A stretch of 63,525 nt of DNA, counting the filler. It is 4 parts of 4 records of this genome, joined end to end, with 100 filler letters (N's around TTAATTAATTAA, not from the genome) between each part and the next. Parts side by side here need not be neighbours in the genome. Positions count along the whole stretch, not along the records: positions 1 to 31,614 come from SRR31156797_11047; 3 more parts are not named here. One strand, written 5' to 3'. Position 1 is the first letter of the stretch, and each line of letters starts with the position of its first letter. This document shows positions 20,513 to 29,051 of the stretch, piece after piece. The translations under genes and the position numbers were made by a program. Under the pieces are notes generated by a model that did no database searches, had not been told where the DNA came from, and saw nothing but the letters and a program-made list of their open reading frames with translations.

Positions 20513-23338
20513 ATGAAGTTTAAAGTTATATTATCCCTGTTAGCCATATCATTAGGTCTACAGGCACAGCAAACGGAAACCCAATACTTGTCCGGAAAAG
20601 GATTAGGTAATACTGTAACCTGGGATTTTTATTGTTCAGGTGGGCAAAACAGTGGAAAGTGGAGTAAAATTGAAGTTCCTTCGCAATGGGAATTACAAGG
20701 ATATGGAGAGTATACCTACGGAAGATGGTATAAAAAGAAAGGTGTGCAACCTTCGAAAGAAACTGGAACATACAAGTATACTTTTCAGGTTCCAAAATCA
20801 TGGGATAACAAACAGGTAAGCATCATCTTTGAAGGTGCCATGACCGATACCGAAGTTTTTATCAATGATCAAAAAGCCGGCGATATGCATCAGGGTGGCT
20901 TCTATCGTTTTTCGTATGACATAACAGATAAGCTTAAAGTTGGTGAAGACAATCTGCTAAAAGTGATTGTGCATAAACATTCAGCCAATAACAGCATCAA
21001 TAATGCTGAACGTAAAGCTGACTGGTGGACTTTCGGTGGGATTTATCGCCCGGTATTGTTGGAAGCTAAACCCCTCACCGCCATTTCACATGTGGCTGTT
21101 GATGCTAAAGCGGATGGTGTTTTTAACGCTGAAGTTCATATATCTAAAACCGTGAAAAACGGAAAAATAATCGCTTCCATTACTCCACTAACAGGAGAAG
21201 GTAAGTTTGCAGAAAAAACAATTGAATTAAATTCAAAAGGATTAATTCAACATATATCTACATCCTGGGATCAGGTGATTAACTGGAATCCAGAGAATCC
21301 ACAGTTATATGTTTTAAACTTAAAATTAAAAGATAAAAACAACACCGTTTTACACGAATGGTCATCTCGAATTGGCTTTAGAACAGTTGATTTTAGAGTA
21401 AAGGATGGTATCTATGTAAATGATACAAAAATTGTGATGAAAGGTATTAATCGTCACTCTTTTCACCCGGATGGTGGTAGAACAACCAATAAGGAAATTT
21501 CTTTAAACGATGTACTGCTGTTAAAAGAAATGAATATCAACGCTGTTCGTTTTCACTATCCTCCGGATCAGCACTTTTTAGATATGTGTGATTCATTAGG
21601 ACTATTTGTGGTGGATGAATTGGCCGGATGGCAAAACTGCTACGACTCTGAGGTAGGTCCAAAATTGCAAAAAGAAATGGTTATGCGCGATGTTAACCAC
21701 CCAAGTATTGTGCTTTGGAGTAATGGTAACGAAGGTGGCTGGAATTACAATTTAGACGCACACTTTGCTGATTACGATCCTCAAAAACGTCATGTGATTC
21801 ACCCTTGGGCCGATTTTAACGATATAGATGCGCACCACTACCCTGCTTACTTAACAGGAGTAGCTCGTATGCAGAATGGTTACAAAGTGTTTATGCCTAC
21901 AGAGTTTATGCATGGTATGTACGATCAGGGACATGGAGCCGGACTAGAAGACTTCTGGTTAAACTGGACTTCTCACCCCCTGTTTGCAGGTGCTTTTATG
22001 TGGGCATTTAACGATTGTGCCGTAAAAAGAACGGACAAAGGTGGTATTCTTGATTCTGATGATTTTAGAGCTCCTGATGGAATTGTAGGTCCTTACCGCG
22101 AAAAAGAAGGTAGTGTATTTACCGTGCGTGAAGTATGGGCTCCTATCACATTTAAGCAAGTGTATATTACCCCTTCCTTTAAAGGTAAATTTACAATCAC
22201 CAACAGCTATTTATATACCAATCTGGATCAATGCCAAATGCATTACAAGGTGTATAGAATTAATTCTCCATTAAAGGGAGTAAGCAAAGAGGAAATTGCA
22301 AAAGGAACCATCACGCTTCCTTCGATTGAGCCTGGCGAAACCAGCAGTATTCAAATGGAATTACCAGAAAACTTCTTTGAAGGAACTGTATTAGAAATTG
22401 AAGCAATCGACCACCAAGGAAAACCTATGTGCAACTGGACATGGCCTATTCAATATGCCGGAGATTACTGGAATCTGCAGAAGAATACAGCTATCGCTAA
22501 AAACAAAGTAAACGCTACTGAAAAAGATTCTGTAATTACTTTATCGGCCAACGGGGTAAAGGTGATATTCAATAATAAAAATGGACAGCTACTGAAAGTA
22601 GAAAATGCAAAAGGCGAAATTCCATTTAACAACGGACCTGTTGCCGAAGGTATGAAAATGAAGTATGATGGATATTACATCAAGAAGGGTAAAACGTCAG
22701 CTCAATTTGTAGCCAAGTATTTAGGCGCTATTGATTCTATTGTTTGGACTATAGATACAGAAGGATTAGTACATATGGATGCTGTCATGTTAAACAGAGC
22801 CAGAGGAGGAAAAGGTTTTGATGATGCATTTACTGATGATCAGATCAACAACTTTGGTTTATCTTTTTCATTTCCTGAGAAAATGGTGACAGGTATGGAA
22901 TGGTTTGGCCGTGGTCCTTATCGCGTATGGAAAAACAGGGTAAAAGGAACCAACTACAACCTTTGGCAAAAGGATTATAACAATACTATTACCGGAGAAA
23001 GTGAATATGGCTTAACCTATCCTGAATTTAAAGGTTTCCATGCCAATTTATATTGGGCACAGGTTCAGTCTGATGAAGCTCCATTTACAGTGTATTCTGC
23101 CAGCGATGGTGTATTTTTAAGAATGTTAACTCCGGAAGAACCGAAAGGTCGTCAGAGAAGAACAATGCCTCGATTCCCTTCTGGTGACATTTCATTTTTA
23201 TACGATATCCCGGCTATTCAATCATTTAAACCTATTGCTCACCAGGGGCCACATAGCCAGCCAGGGGCAATTCGTATTAAGGTAGGTGATGAAGGAATCA
23301 AAATGAATTTAACATTTGATTTTCGCCAACAAAAGTAG
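20513..23338 (+). CDS. GH2 beta-galactosidase family protein
   Basis: GGIYRPV, GFR, KGINRH, NAVRFHYP, WSNGNE, PTEF; C-terminal WFGRGP small domain. Confidence 0.88.
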   Translation: MKFKVILSLLAISLGLQAQQTETQYLSGKGLGNTVTWDFYCSGGQNSGKWSKIEVPSQWELQGYGEYTYGRWYKKKGVQPSKETGTYKYTFQVPKSWDNKQVSIIFEGAMTDTEVFINDQKAGDMHQGGFYRFSYDITDKLKVGEDNLLKVIVHKHSANNSINNAERKADWWTFGGIYRPVLLEAKPLTAISHVAVDAKADGVFNAEVHISKTVKNGKIIASITPLTGEGKFAEKTIELNSKGLIQHISTSWDQVINWNPENPQLYVLNLKLKDKNNTVLHEWSSRIGFRTVDFRVKDGIYVNDTKIVMKGINRHSFHPDGGRTTNKEISLNDVLLLKEMNINAVRFHYPPDQHFLDMCDSLGLFVVDELAGWQNCYDSEVGPKLQKEMVMRDVNHPSIVLWSNGNEGGWNYNLDAHFADYDPQKRHVIHPWADFNDIDAHHYPAYLTGVARMQNGYKVFMPTEFMHGMYDQGHGAGLEDFWLNWTSHPLFAGAFMWAFNDCAVKRTDKGGILDSDDFRAPDGIVGPYREKEGSVFTVREVWAPITFKQVYITPSFKGKFTITNSYLYTNLDQCQMHYKVYRINSPLKGVSKEEIAKGTITLPSIEPGETSSIQMELPENFFEGTVLEIEAIDHQGKPMCNWTWPIQYAGDYWNLQKNTAIAKNKVNATEKDSVITLSANGVKVIFNNKNGQLLKVENAKGEIPFNNGPVAEGMKMKYDGYYIKKGKTSAQFVAKYLGAIDSIVWTIDTEGLVHMDAVMLNRARGGKGFDDAFTDDQINNFGLSFSFPEKMVTGMEWFGRGPYRVWKNRVKGTNYNLWQKDYNNTITGESEYGLTYPEFKGFHANLYWAQVQSDEAPFTVYSASDGVFLRMLTPEEPKGRQRRTMPRFPSGDISFLYDIPAIQSFKPIAHQGPHSQPGAIRIKVGDEGIKMNLTFDFRQQK

Positions 23339-23597
23339 GCAAAGGCTTTAATTTAAGACATCTGGCATACCAGCCATGACGAATCAAAGTGTCAGGTATG
23401 CTTAATTTGTTGAAAGGAAATGCCAAATAATTAATAATAATTGCATAATTTCGTCAACTTATTCTTATTCGTTTTATATTTCTTGCAACAGCAAAATACA
23501 AGACGAATAAGTTAAAAAACATATTAAATTTTCATAAAATACAGCGCATTATACATGGTGTTGTTTTTATAGAATCATTTTAAAAATTATTAATCGC

Positions 23598-24386
23598 ATG
23601 AAAAATTTAACAGCTGTTTTCTTAGTACTATCCCTTGTAATGTCGAGTTGCCAGTTTTTTGGAGGTCAAACGGCAAAACAAAGTGCAGAAACTAAAAACC
23701 CGGATGGAACCGTTATTAAAACTAAACACTTTAACAACGACCCAAGCGCTCCTATCGAGTGGAAAGTGAGCGTTAAAGTAGATAAAGACGGAAAAACTAT
23801 CCGTCACGGAAAAAGTATCCGTTATTCTAAAACGGGTAAGGTTTATGAAGAAATCAATTATGAGAACAACAAAAAAGAAGGTACTCGTTTAACTTATCAC
23901 TCTAATGGTAATATCTGGAAAGAGCAAAGCTATAAAAATGGTAAGTTGGATGGTGTTTGTAAAAGATACGACCGTAATGGTAAAGTTTCTGCTGAATACA
24001 ATTACAAAGCCGGTTTAATTGGTGTAGGTTTAAAAGAATTCACCAACCTTGGTGTAGAGAGAGAACAACCTGTACTAAGAGTTGAAAAAGTAAATGAAAT
24101 CAGAACTTACAACCGTTATAAATTAAAGCTTTCTTTATCTGGAGAAAACGCTAAAAGATTTAAGTCGGTTGAGTACTATATGGGAGACCTTATTGAAGGT
24201 AAGTATTTCCATAAAAACTTAAGAAACGCTAAGCCAGTTTCAAACACAAAAGGAGAAATTGTATTTGGTGTACCTAAAGGCGAAGTATTAAACAAAACCA
24301 TTAATGTAATTGCTGTAGGTAAAAATACAGATGGTATGACTTTAATTCTTCAAAAGAAAGTTAGCATTAGCGTTAGAGGTGTATAA
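23598..24386 (+). CDS. MORN-variant repeat (YwqK-like) lipoprotein
   Basis: Lipobox MSSC; repeats HGKSIRYSKTG, EGTRLTYHSNG, DGVCKRYDRNG. Confidence 0.7.
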   Translation: MKNLTAVFLVLSLVMSSCQFFGGQTAKQSAETKNPDGTVIKTKHFNNDPSAPIEWKVSVKVDKDGKTIRHGKSIRYSKTGKVYEEINYENNKKEGTRLTYHSNGNIWKEQSYKNGKLDGVCKRYDRNGKVSAEYNYKAGLIGVGLKEFTNLGVEREQPVLRVEKVNEIRTYNRYKLKLSLSGENAKRFKSVEYYMGDLIEGKYFHKNLRNAKPVSNTKGEIVFGVPKGEVLNKTINVIAVGKNTDGMTLILQKKVSISVRGV

Positions 24387-24417
24387 GCTTCGTTTATTAT
24401 AACGTAATAAAATATTT

Positions 24418-24465
24418 AAATCCTTCTCTACATCGTTTTCTTTATGATGTGAGAAGGATTTTTTT
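24418..24465 (+). terminator. Rho-independent terminator
   Basis: AAATCCTTCTC-ACATC...GATGT-GAGAAGGATTT plus T run. Confidence 0.75.
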
Positions 24466-24645
24466 ATGACGCAATCCTCTCCTCCACTTATAAATCTTAC
24501 CGACCCTGCACTCACAACTTATTTCTACACTCTCGAATTACCCATTTTTCCCCCATTAGTCATAATACGTCCTCGTGCGTTTTTGTACCTTTAATGATAT
24601 TTGTATTCCGATAAAAACGACTATCAATTAAAATCAGTAATAAAC

Positions 24646-25701
24646 ATGAACAGACACACAACTATTAGAAAAAAAAGCACGCATTACTTGTTGCTAATAC
24701 TTATGGGCGCTTTTATATGGGCGTGTAATCCGCCAAAACAAGAATCTACATCTGCATCATCCGACACCCTTAAAGAAGCTCGCGTTGGTAACCCGGTAAT
24801 TACCGAAAAATACACGGCCGATCCGGCAGCTATGGTGTATAACGACACCGTATATTTATATGCCGGACATGATGAGTGTCCTCACAACCACAATTTTTAT
24901 GTGATGAACGAGTGGTTAATTTACACCTCAACCGATATGGTAAACTGGACAGAAAGAGCTGCTGTTCCTGTATCCATATTTGAGTGGGCACGTGGCGATG
25001 CCTGGGCTGCGCATGTAATGGAAAAAAATGGTAAGTTTTACTGGTTTGTTACCGTTACGCACGCTACTATTCCGGGAAAAGCGATTGGTGTAGCTGTGGC
25101 TGACCATCCTCTTGGTCCTTGGAAAGATGCTTTAGGAAAAGCACTTATTACAAATGATATGACCGCTGCTCCATTCCAGATTGATGCCGGAAACGGACAA
25201 AAAAGAGATATGGACTGGGATGATATTGACCCTGCCTTATTTACCGATGACGATGGCCAGAGCTATGTATTTTGGGGTAACACCAATTGCTATTACGCCA
25301 AGTTAAAAGACAATATGATTGAGTTAGACGGCGACATCATTAAAATTGAAGGACTACCTAATTATACCGAGGCTCCGTGGGTACATAAAAAAGGCGACTG
25401 GTATTATTTAAGCTTTGCTTATCAATTCCCAGAGAAAACAGCTTATGCCATGAGCAAAAGCATTAATGGACCATGGGAATTTAAAGGTGTTTTAAATGAG
25501 TTGGCCGGAAACTGTAACACCAATCACCAGGCCGTTCTTGAATATAAAGGAAAAGACTATTACATCTACCATAATGGTGGCGTACCATTACACGGTATGA
25601 GTTTTAGAAGATCGGTTTGTATTGATTACTTACACTACAACCAGGATGGAACTTTAAAAAGAGTAGTAATGACTACAGAAGGCGTTGATCCGGTTTTGTA
25701 G
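24646..25701 (+). CDS. GH43 glycosidase lipoprotein (arabinofuranosidase/xylosidase/galactofuranosidase type)
   Basis: YTADP, AWAA, DIDP, TEAPW, TNHQ; lipobox IWAC; start moved to ATG 24646. Confidence 0.87.
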   Translation: MNRHTTIRKKSTHYLLLILMGAFIWACNPPKQESTSASSDTLKEARVGNPVITEKYTADPAAMVYNDTVYLYAGHDECPHNHNFYVMNEWLIYTSTDMVNWTERAAVPVSIFEWARGDAWAAHVMEKNGKFYWFVTVTHATIPGKAIGVAVADHPLGPWKDALGKALITNDMTAAPFQIDAGNGQKRDMDWDDIDPALFTDDDGQSYVFWGNTNCYYAKLKDNMIELDGDIIKIEGLPNYTEAPWVHKKGDWYYLSFAYQFPEKTAYAMSKSINGPWEFKGVLNELAGNCNTNHQAVLEYKGKDYYIYHNGGVPLHGMSFRRSVCIDYLHYNQDGTLKRVVMTTEGVDPVL

Positions 25702-25734
25702 GAAAATATTAAATAAAAGTTTGGTTAGCTTTTG

Positions 25735-25764
25735 AGGTCGGAAGAATTTCTTCCGGCCTTTTTT
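25735..25764 (+). terminator. Rho-independent terminator
   Basis: AGGTCGGAAGA/TCTTCCGGCCT plus T run. Confidence 0.8.
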
Positions 25765-25935
25765 GTACATAAAGATTCCTCGTTTGTTACCGTTTTCTTA
25801 TATCAATAGTTTATTGTATATCATAATATATTTCTATTTTTGGATGTAAACATAAAATATCTACAAATGCTAGTATGGTTTCGATGAAAACATTGTGTTT
25901 ATCGGATTGTTTGGCACCAATATAAACAAACCACC

Positions 25936-26424
25936 ATGACAATAAATCTCTTAACAGAAACACGGAAAAAGCTTAATTCAATCTTTATTGTCAGTTTCTT
26001 GACCTTCGCTCTATGCTGGTTAATTATATTTCCGACCTTGTTTTTCGGTTCGTCAGATTCAAATATTGTAGGGATACTAATATTTATAAGCGGAATTTTT
26101 TTGTTGATATCGATTCTTTCAGCAGTTATTAATGCCACATTAGTTAAACGACTTGACTTATCAATTAATACTGAATTAAGATTGTCAATCAACACAAACC
26201 TAAGTAACAAAGAAATAACAAAGACATCTGATATCGAATATGCAAGAAATTTCTTGAATGTTGACAATATTATTTACGAAATTGACAATAAACAAGCATA
26301 CGAATTGTACCGAACAAAAATAGTCAGCAACATTGAAACCAAATATCATCAAACGAAACTGTTAGAATTTAGTCCAAAAGAGTTTTTTAATACAATTATG
26401 GACATGCTTTGGGCTGCATCATGA
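25936..26424 (+). CDS. Hypothetical 2-TM membrane protein (cassette-like)
   Basis: Two N-terminal hydrophobic segments; flanked by TTGGCAC and GTGCCAAC. Confidence 0.6.
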   Translation: MTINLLTETRKKLNSIFIVSFLTFALCWLIIFPTLFFGSSDSNIVGILIFISGIFLLISILSAVINATLVKRLDLSINTELRLSINTNLSNKEITKTSDIEYARNFLNVDNIIYEIDNKQAYELYRTKIVSNIETKYHQTKLLEFSPKEFFNTIMDMLWAAS

Positions 26425-26439
26425 CCGAAGAGAATACTA

Positions 26440-26637
26440 GTGCCAACAATAAATAAAGAGCATAGGCTATTAGCATAAATTTGGGAGCTGAGTTCTTTTA
26501 ATAAGTTTGCCGAAGCTTTTGCTTCAGCTAGTAAAAAGAATAAATTTATATCCAAAACAAAAGCTTCGGTTTGGTGGGAATTCGCAGGTTTGGTTTTTCA
26601 AATTAGCCCATGCCCCTTATTCAAACCGCTTATGCCT
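26440..26637 (+). repeat. attC-like long imperfect palindrome
   Basis: GTGCCAAC ... CTTATGCC ends; arms AATAAAGAGCATAGGCTA/TAGCCCATGCCCCTTATT and CCGAAGCTTTTG/CAAAAGCTTCGG. Confidence 0.55.
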
Positions 26638-26705
26638 CATTTTAAATGCCTAATAGTAATAGATTGATGAATGGAAATAATATTTCATAAAATAATGCCC
26701 ACGAT
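26621..26705 (+). repeat. Copy 1 of ~85-bp imperfect direct repeat (copy 2 at 27931-28018)
   Basis: TCAAACC.CTTATGCCTCATTTTAAAT...AGTAATAGATTGATGAATGGAAATAATA.TTCATAAAATA in both places. Confidence 0.85.
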
Positions 26706-27003
26706 TTTAGTGGTCGGTTTTATAGCTTTCGGATTAAAATATTATTTTCATTTCCAGTATCTTAAAATAGTAAGAAAGTACCCAAAGGAGTTAACATTTT
26801 GGGAATTCAACAATAGAATATTTTCATATTTCATCGACAATATAATTGCTTTTTTACCATTTTTATTTAGACAACAAAAAACAGATTTGAGTCAGAATAA
26901 CTTGCAGAAAGCAATTAGATTAGAAAGAGCAATATTCCTTTGTTTAGTACTTTTTTATATTGGAATCTTAATGATACCAATTGGAATTAAACTACAAGGA
27001 TAA
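26671..27003 (+). CDS. Hypothetical small membrane protein
   Basis: 110-aa ORF with 2-3 hydrophobic segments. Confidence 0.55.
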   Translation: MEIIFHKIMPTILVVGFIAFGLKYYFHFQYLKIVRKYPKELTFWEFNNRIFSYFIDNIIAFLPFLFRQQKTDLSQNNLQKAIRLERAIFLCLVLFYIGILMIPIGIKLQG

Positions 27004-27053
27004 ATATTGACTCAAAACAGAAAACTATGAAAGATATTATAAACCACTATCAA

Positions 27054-27140
27054 ATGAAAAGACTTATTGCAATATTGACATTCTCTTTGTTCATAACTCT
27101 AGCTTTTAATCAAAACTCCAATAATTTCGTTTTGACATAG
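27054..27140 (+). pseudogene. Probable truncated remnant of a secreted-protein gene
   Basis: MKRLIAILTFSLFITLAFNQNSNNFVLT* is signal-peptide-like and ends inside the TA promoter. Confidence 0.3.
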
Positions 27141-27161
27141 TAATCTAATTAGTTAACTTCG
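27131..27161 (+). promoter_or_regulatory. TA promoter with overlapping palindromic operator
   Basis: TTTG-N19-TAACTTCG (Bacteroidota -33/-7); imperfect palindrome GTAATCTAATTAGTTAAC at 27140-27157. Confidence 0.55.
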
Positions 27162-27165
27162 TTCC

Positions 27166-27507
27166 ATGATTAGAAAGATAATCGCATACAAGGATAACTT
27201 TGTCGAATTTTATAAGAATCAAGACGCTAAGATTCAAGAGAAAATTGAATATATACTTGATTTAGTAAGATTTGAGAGACAAGTTCCTAAAAAGTTTTTC
27301 AAGCAATTGGAAAATACCGACGGGATTTGGGAGATTCGAGTTATAACGACTTTCAAGAGTATTCGGATTCTATGTTTTCTAGATAAAGGAAACCTTGTGG
27401 TACTGACAAATTGTTTTCTAAAAAAGACGCAGAAAACACCTAAAAGGGAGATAAAAGCTGCAGAAAGATTGAAAAATGAGTATTTGATTGAAAAATATGG
27501 AGGGTAA
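27166..27507 (+). CDS. Type II TA toxin, RelE/ParE superfamily (HigB/Gp49-like)
   Basis: FKQLENTDGIWEIRV, IRILCF, LTNCFLKKTQKTPKREI; upstream of HTH gene. Confidence 0.88.
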   Translation: MIRKIIAYKDNFVEFYKNQDAKIQEKIEYILDLVRFERQVPKKFFKQLENTDGIWEIRVITTFKSIRILCFLDKGNLVVLTNCFLKKTQKTPKREIKAAERLKNEYLIEKYGG

Positions 27508-27512
27508 TTATT

Positions 27513-27803
27513 ATGAAAAATGTAACTGATTTCGAAGACTTATTAAAAGACAAATATGGAGAAAAAGGTACTCCATCAAGAGACAAGTATGATGCTAATT
27601 CACTTGCCTTCAGATTGGGCGCAATGCTCAAAGAAGCAAGAAAAGAAGCGGATATCACTCAACAAGAACTTGCGGAACGGACTGGAACAAAGAAAAGTTA
27701 TATTTCACGAATTGAACGTGGACAAAGCGATATTCAGATTTCAACATACCATAAACTGATTGAAATAGGACTGGGAAAACATTTAAATATCTCGATTGGA
27801 TAA
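27513..27803 (+). CDS. XRE-family HTH antitoxin (HigA-like)
   Basis: LKEARKEADITQQELAERTGTKKSYISRIERG. Confidence 0.88.
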   Translation: MKNVTDFEDLLKDKYGEKGTPSRDKYDANSLAFRLGAMLKEARKEADITQQELAERTGTKKSYISRIERGQSDIQISTYHKLIEIGLGKHLNISIG

Positions 27804-27808
27804 AAGCT

Positions 27809-27947
27809 GCAGCAACAATGTATGCTGTGGTGCATGCAGGTTTCATCGGTTTACCAGCGTTTATAACGCCATAAAAACTATGTGATAACTGATAGGACAG
27901 CGCATCGAAATCTCCCACCACACTATACCATCAAACCTCTTATGCCT
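27809..27947 (+). repeat. Second attC-like imperfect palindrome
   Basis: GCAGCAAC ... CTTATGCC ends; arms TGTGGTG/CACCACA, GTAT/ATAC, AGGTTTC/GAAATCT. Confidence 0.45.
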
Positions 27948-28020
27948 CATTTTAAATATTAGAGCAGAGTAATAGATTGATGAATGGAAATAATAATTCA
28001 TAAAATATGCCCTACGAATA

Positions 28021-28737
28021 ATGTTAAAATTCAATCAAGAATTATTATGCGAACTACTTATGAATAACCACATTAAACAAATACAAAAGGGGTTAAATAA
28101 AACTAGAACAAAGCTTTCTAAAGACTGTATATTACAATCTGATTTAGATTTATCTCTTAAGTTTATACCTCCTTTTTCAAATGCCAATAGTATTTCTGAT
28201 ATCAAGCTTGTAATTATTGGACAAGACCCTACGGTTAGAAATACAGAAGCACGAAAAACAATTCATACAACATTAAATTTAGACAAAGAAAATAGTCTTA
28301 AAACCTATCTTAAGAAGATATGTGGAACGCTTGACGTTGATATTAATAAAGAAGTATATGCAACTAATTTGTACAAATGCTTTTTCAAAATTCCTCCAGC
28401 AGATGATGAAGATATATTAACCCGACACTTTAAAATATGGATGGACATATTAATTCAAGAGATCTCAATTTTTAATGATCCAATTATTATAACACTTGGA
28501 GAACCTTTGATTGCACAACTAATACACACCAATCATAAAAAGGTTAAATATTATTGGGATTATATCGGTAAGACTACTTCCGGGAGAAATTTTAAATGCA
28601 GTGAGTCAAACGAGAACTATTTACAAAAACGAATTTATCCAATTGCGCATCAACCAACATGGAGTAGAAACAAATTCTATAATACCTATCTTGATTCCTA
28701 CCTTGAATTTGTAAAGCAAAATGAAGGGTTAAAATAA
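28021..28737 (+). CDS. Uracil-DNA glycosylase superfamily protein
   Basis: IIGQDP (motif A), VYATNLYKC, IITLGE, PIAHQP (motif B-like); true start may be 28060. Confidence 0.7.
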   Translation: MLKFNQELLCELLMNNHIKQIQKGLNKTRTKLSKDCILQSDLDLSLKFIPPFSNANSISDIKLVIIGQDPTVRNTEARKTIHTTLNLDKENSLKTYLKKICGTLDVDINKEVYATNLYKCFFKIPPADDEDILTRHFKIWMDILIQEISIFNDPIIITLGEPLIAQLIHTNHKKVKYYWDYIGKTTSGRNFKCSESNENYLQKRIYPIAHQPTWSRNKFYNTYLDSYLEFVKQNEGLK

Positions 28738-28747
28738 ACTTCTGAGC
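28691..28747 (+). repeat. Copy 1 of ~57-bp direct repeat (copy 2 at 30139-30193)
   Basis: TTGATTCCTACCTTGAATTTGTA..GCAAAATGAAGG.TTAAAATAAACTT.TGAGC in both places. Confidence 0.9.
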
Positions 28748-28767
28748 TTTTTATCTTCAACAAATAA

Positions 28768-28896
28768 AAGAGAATGCTGAAGCCTGCATAAATTTTCTTA
28801 GATAAAATTCTTTCTGAACCTGATAAGAAAACGATTCAAGACGAATACCTTCGCAAGGAATGATATACTTATCGTTAAAATAAAGAAACCGATTGT
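28768..28896 (+). pseudogene. Decayed paralog fragment of ORF 30653-31096
   Basis: KRMLKPA*IFLDKILSEPDKKTIQDEYLRKE*YTYR*NKETDC aligns without gaps to KRMLKTAQIFTNKNHSEPDIKTINNQFLGKKIYVYRYDKKTDC (25/43 identical, 3 stops). Confidence 0.85.
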
Positions 28897-29051
28897 AAGC
28901 ATTACACGCAAAAAAAATGGATATGAATAGGCACAACGTTGATTATAGTACCCAAAGACACTGCTATTGGAATTAAACTGTTTATTTTTGTAAGGCTATA
29001 AAGCATAGGTTTTAGTGATTGTTTCGTTAATTATTATGAATATTAATTTAT

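Noticed and set aside
23598-24386. YwqK-like protein as a TA antitoxin
   Set aside because: Generic MORN-variant lipoprotein with its own terminator and no adjacent toxin.
25899-26267. Minus-strand 122-aa ORF and the many other short ORFs overlapping longer genes
   Set aside because: Shadow frames of better-supported genes with no recognisable motifs.
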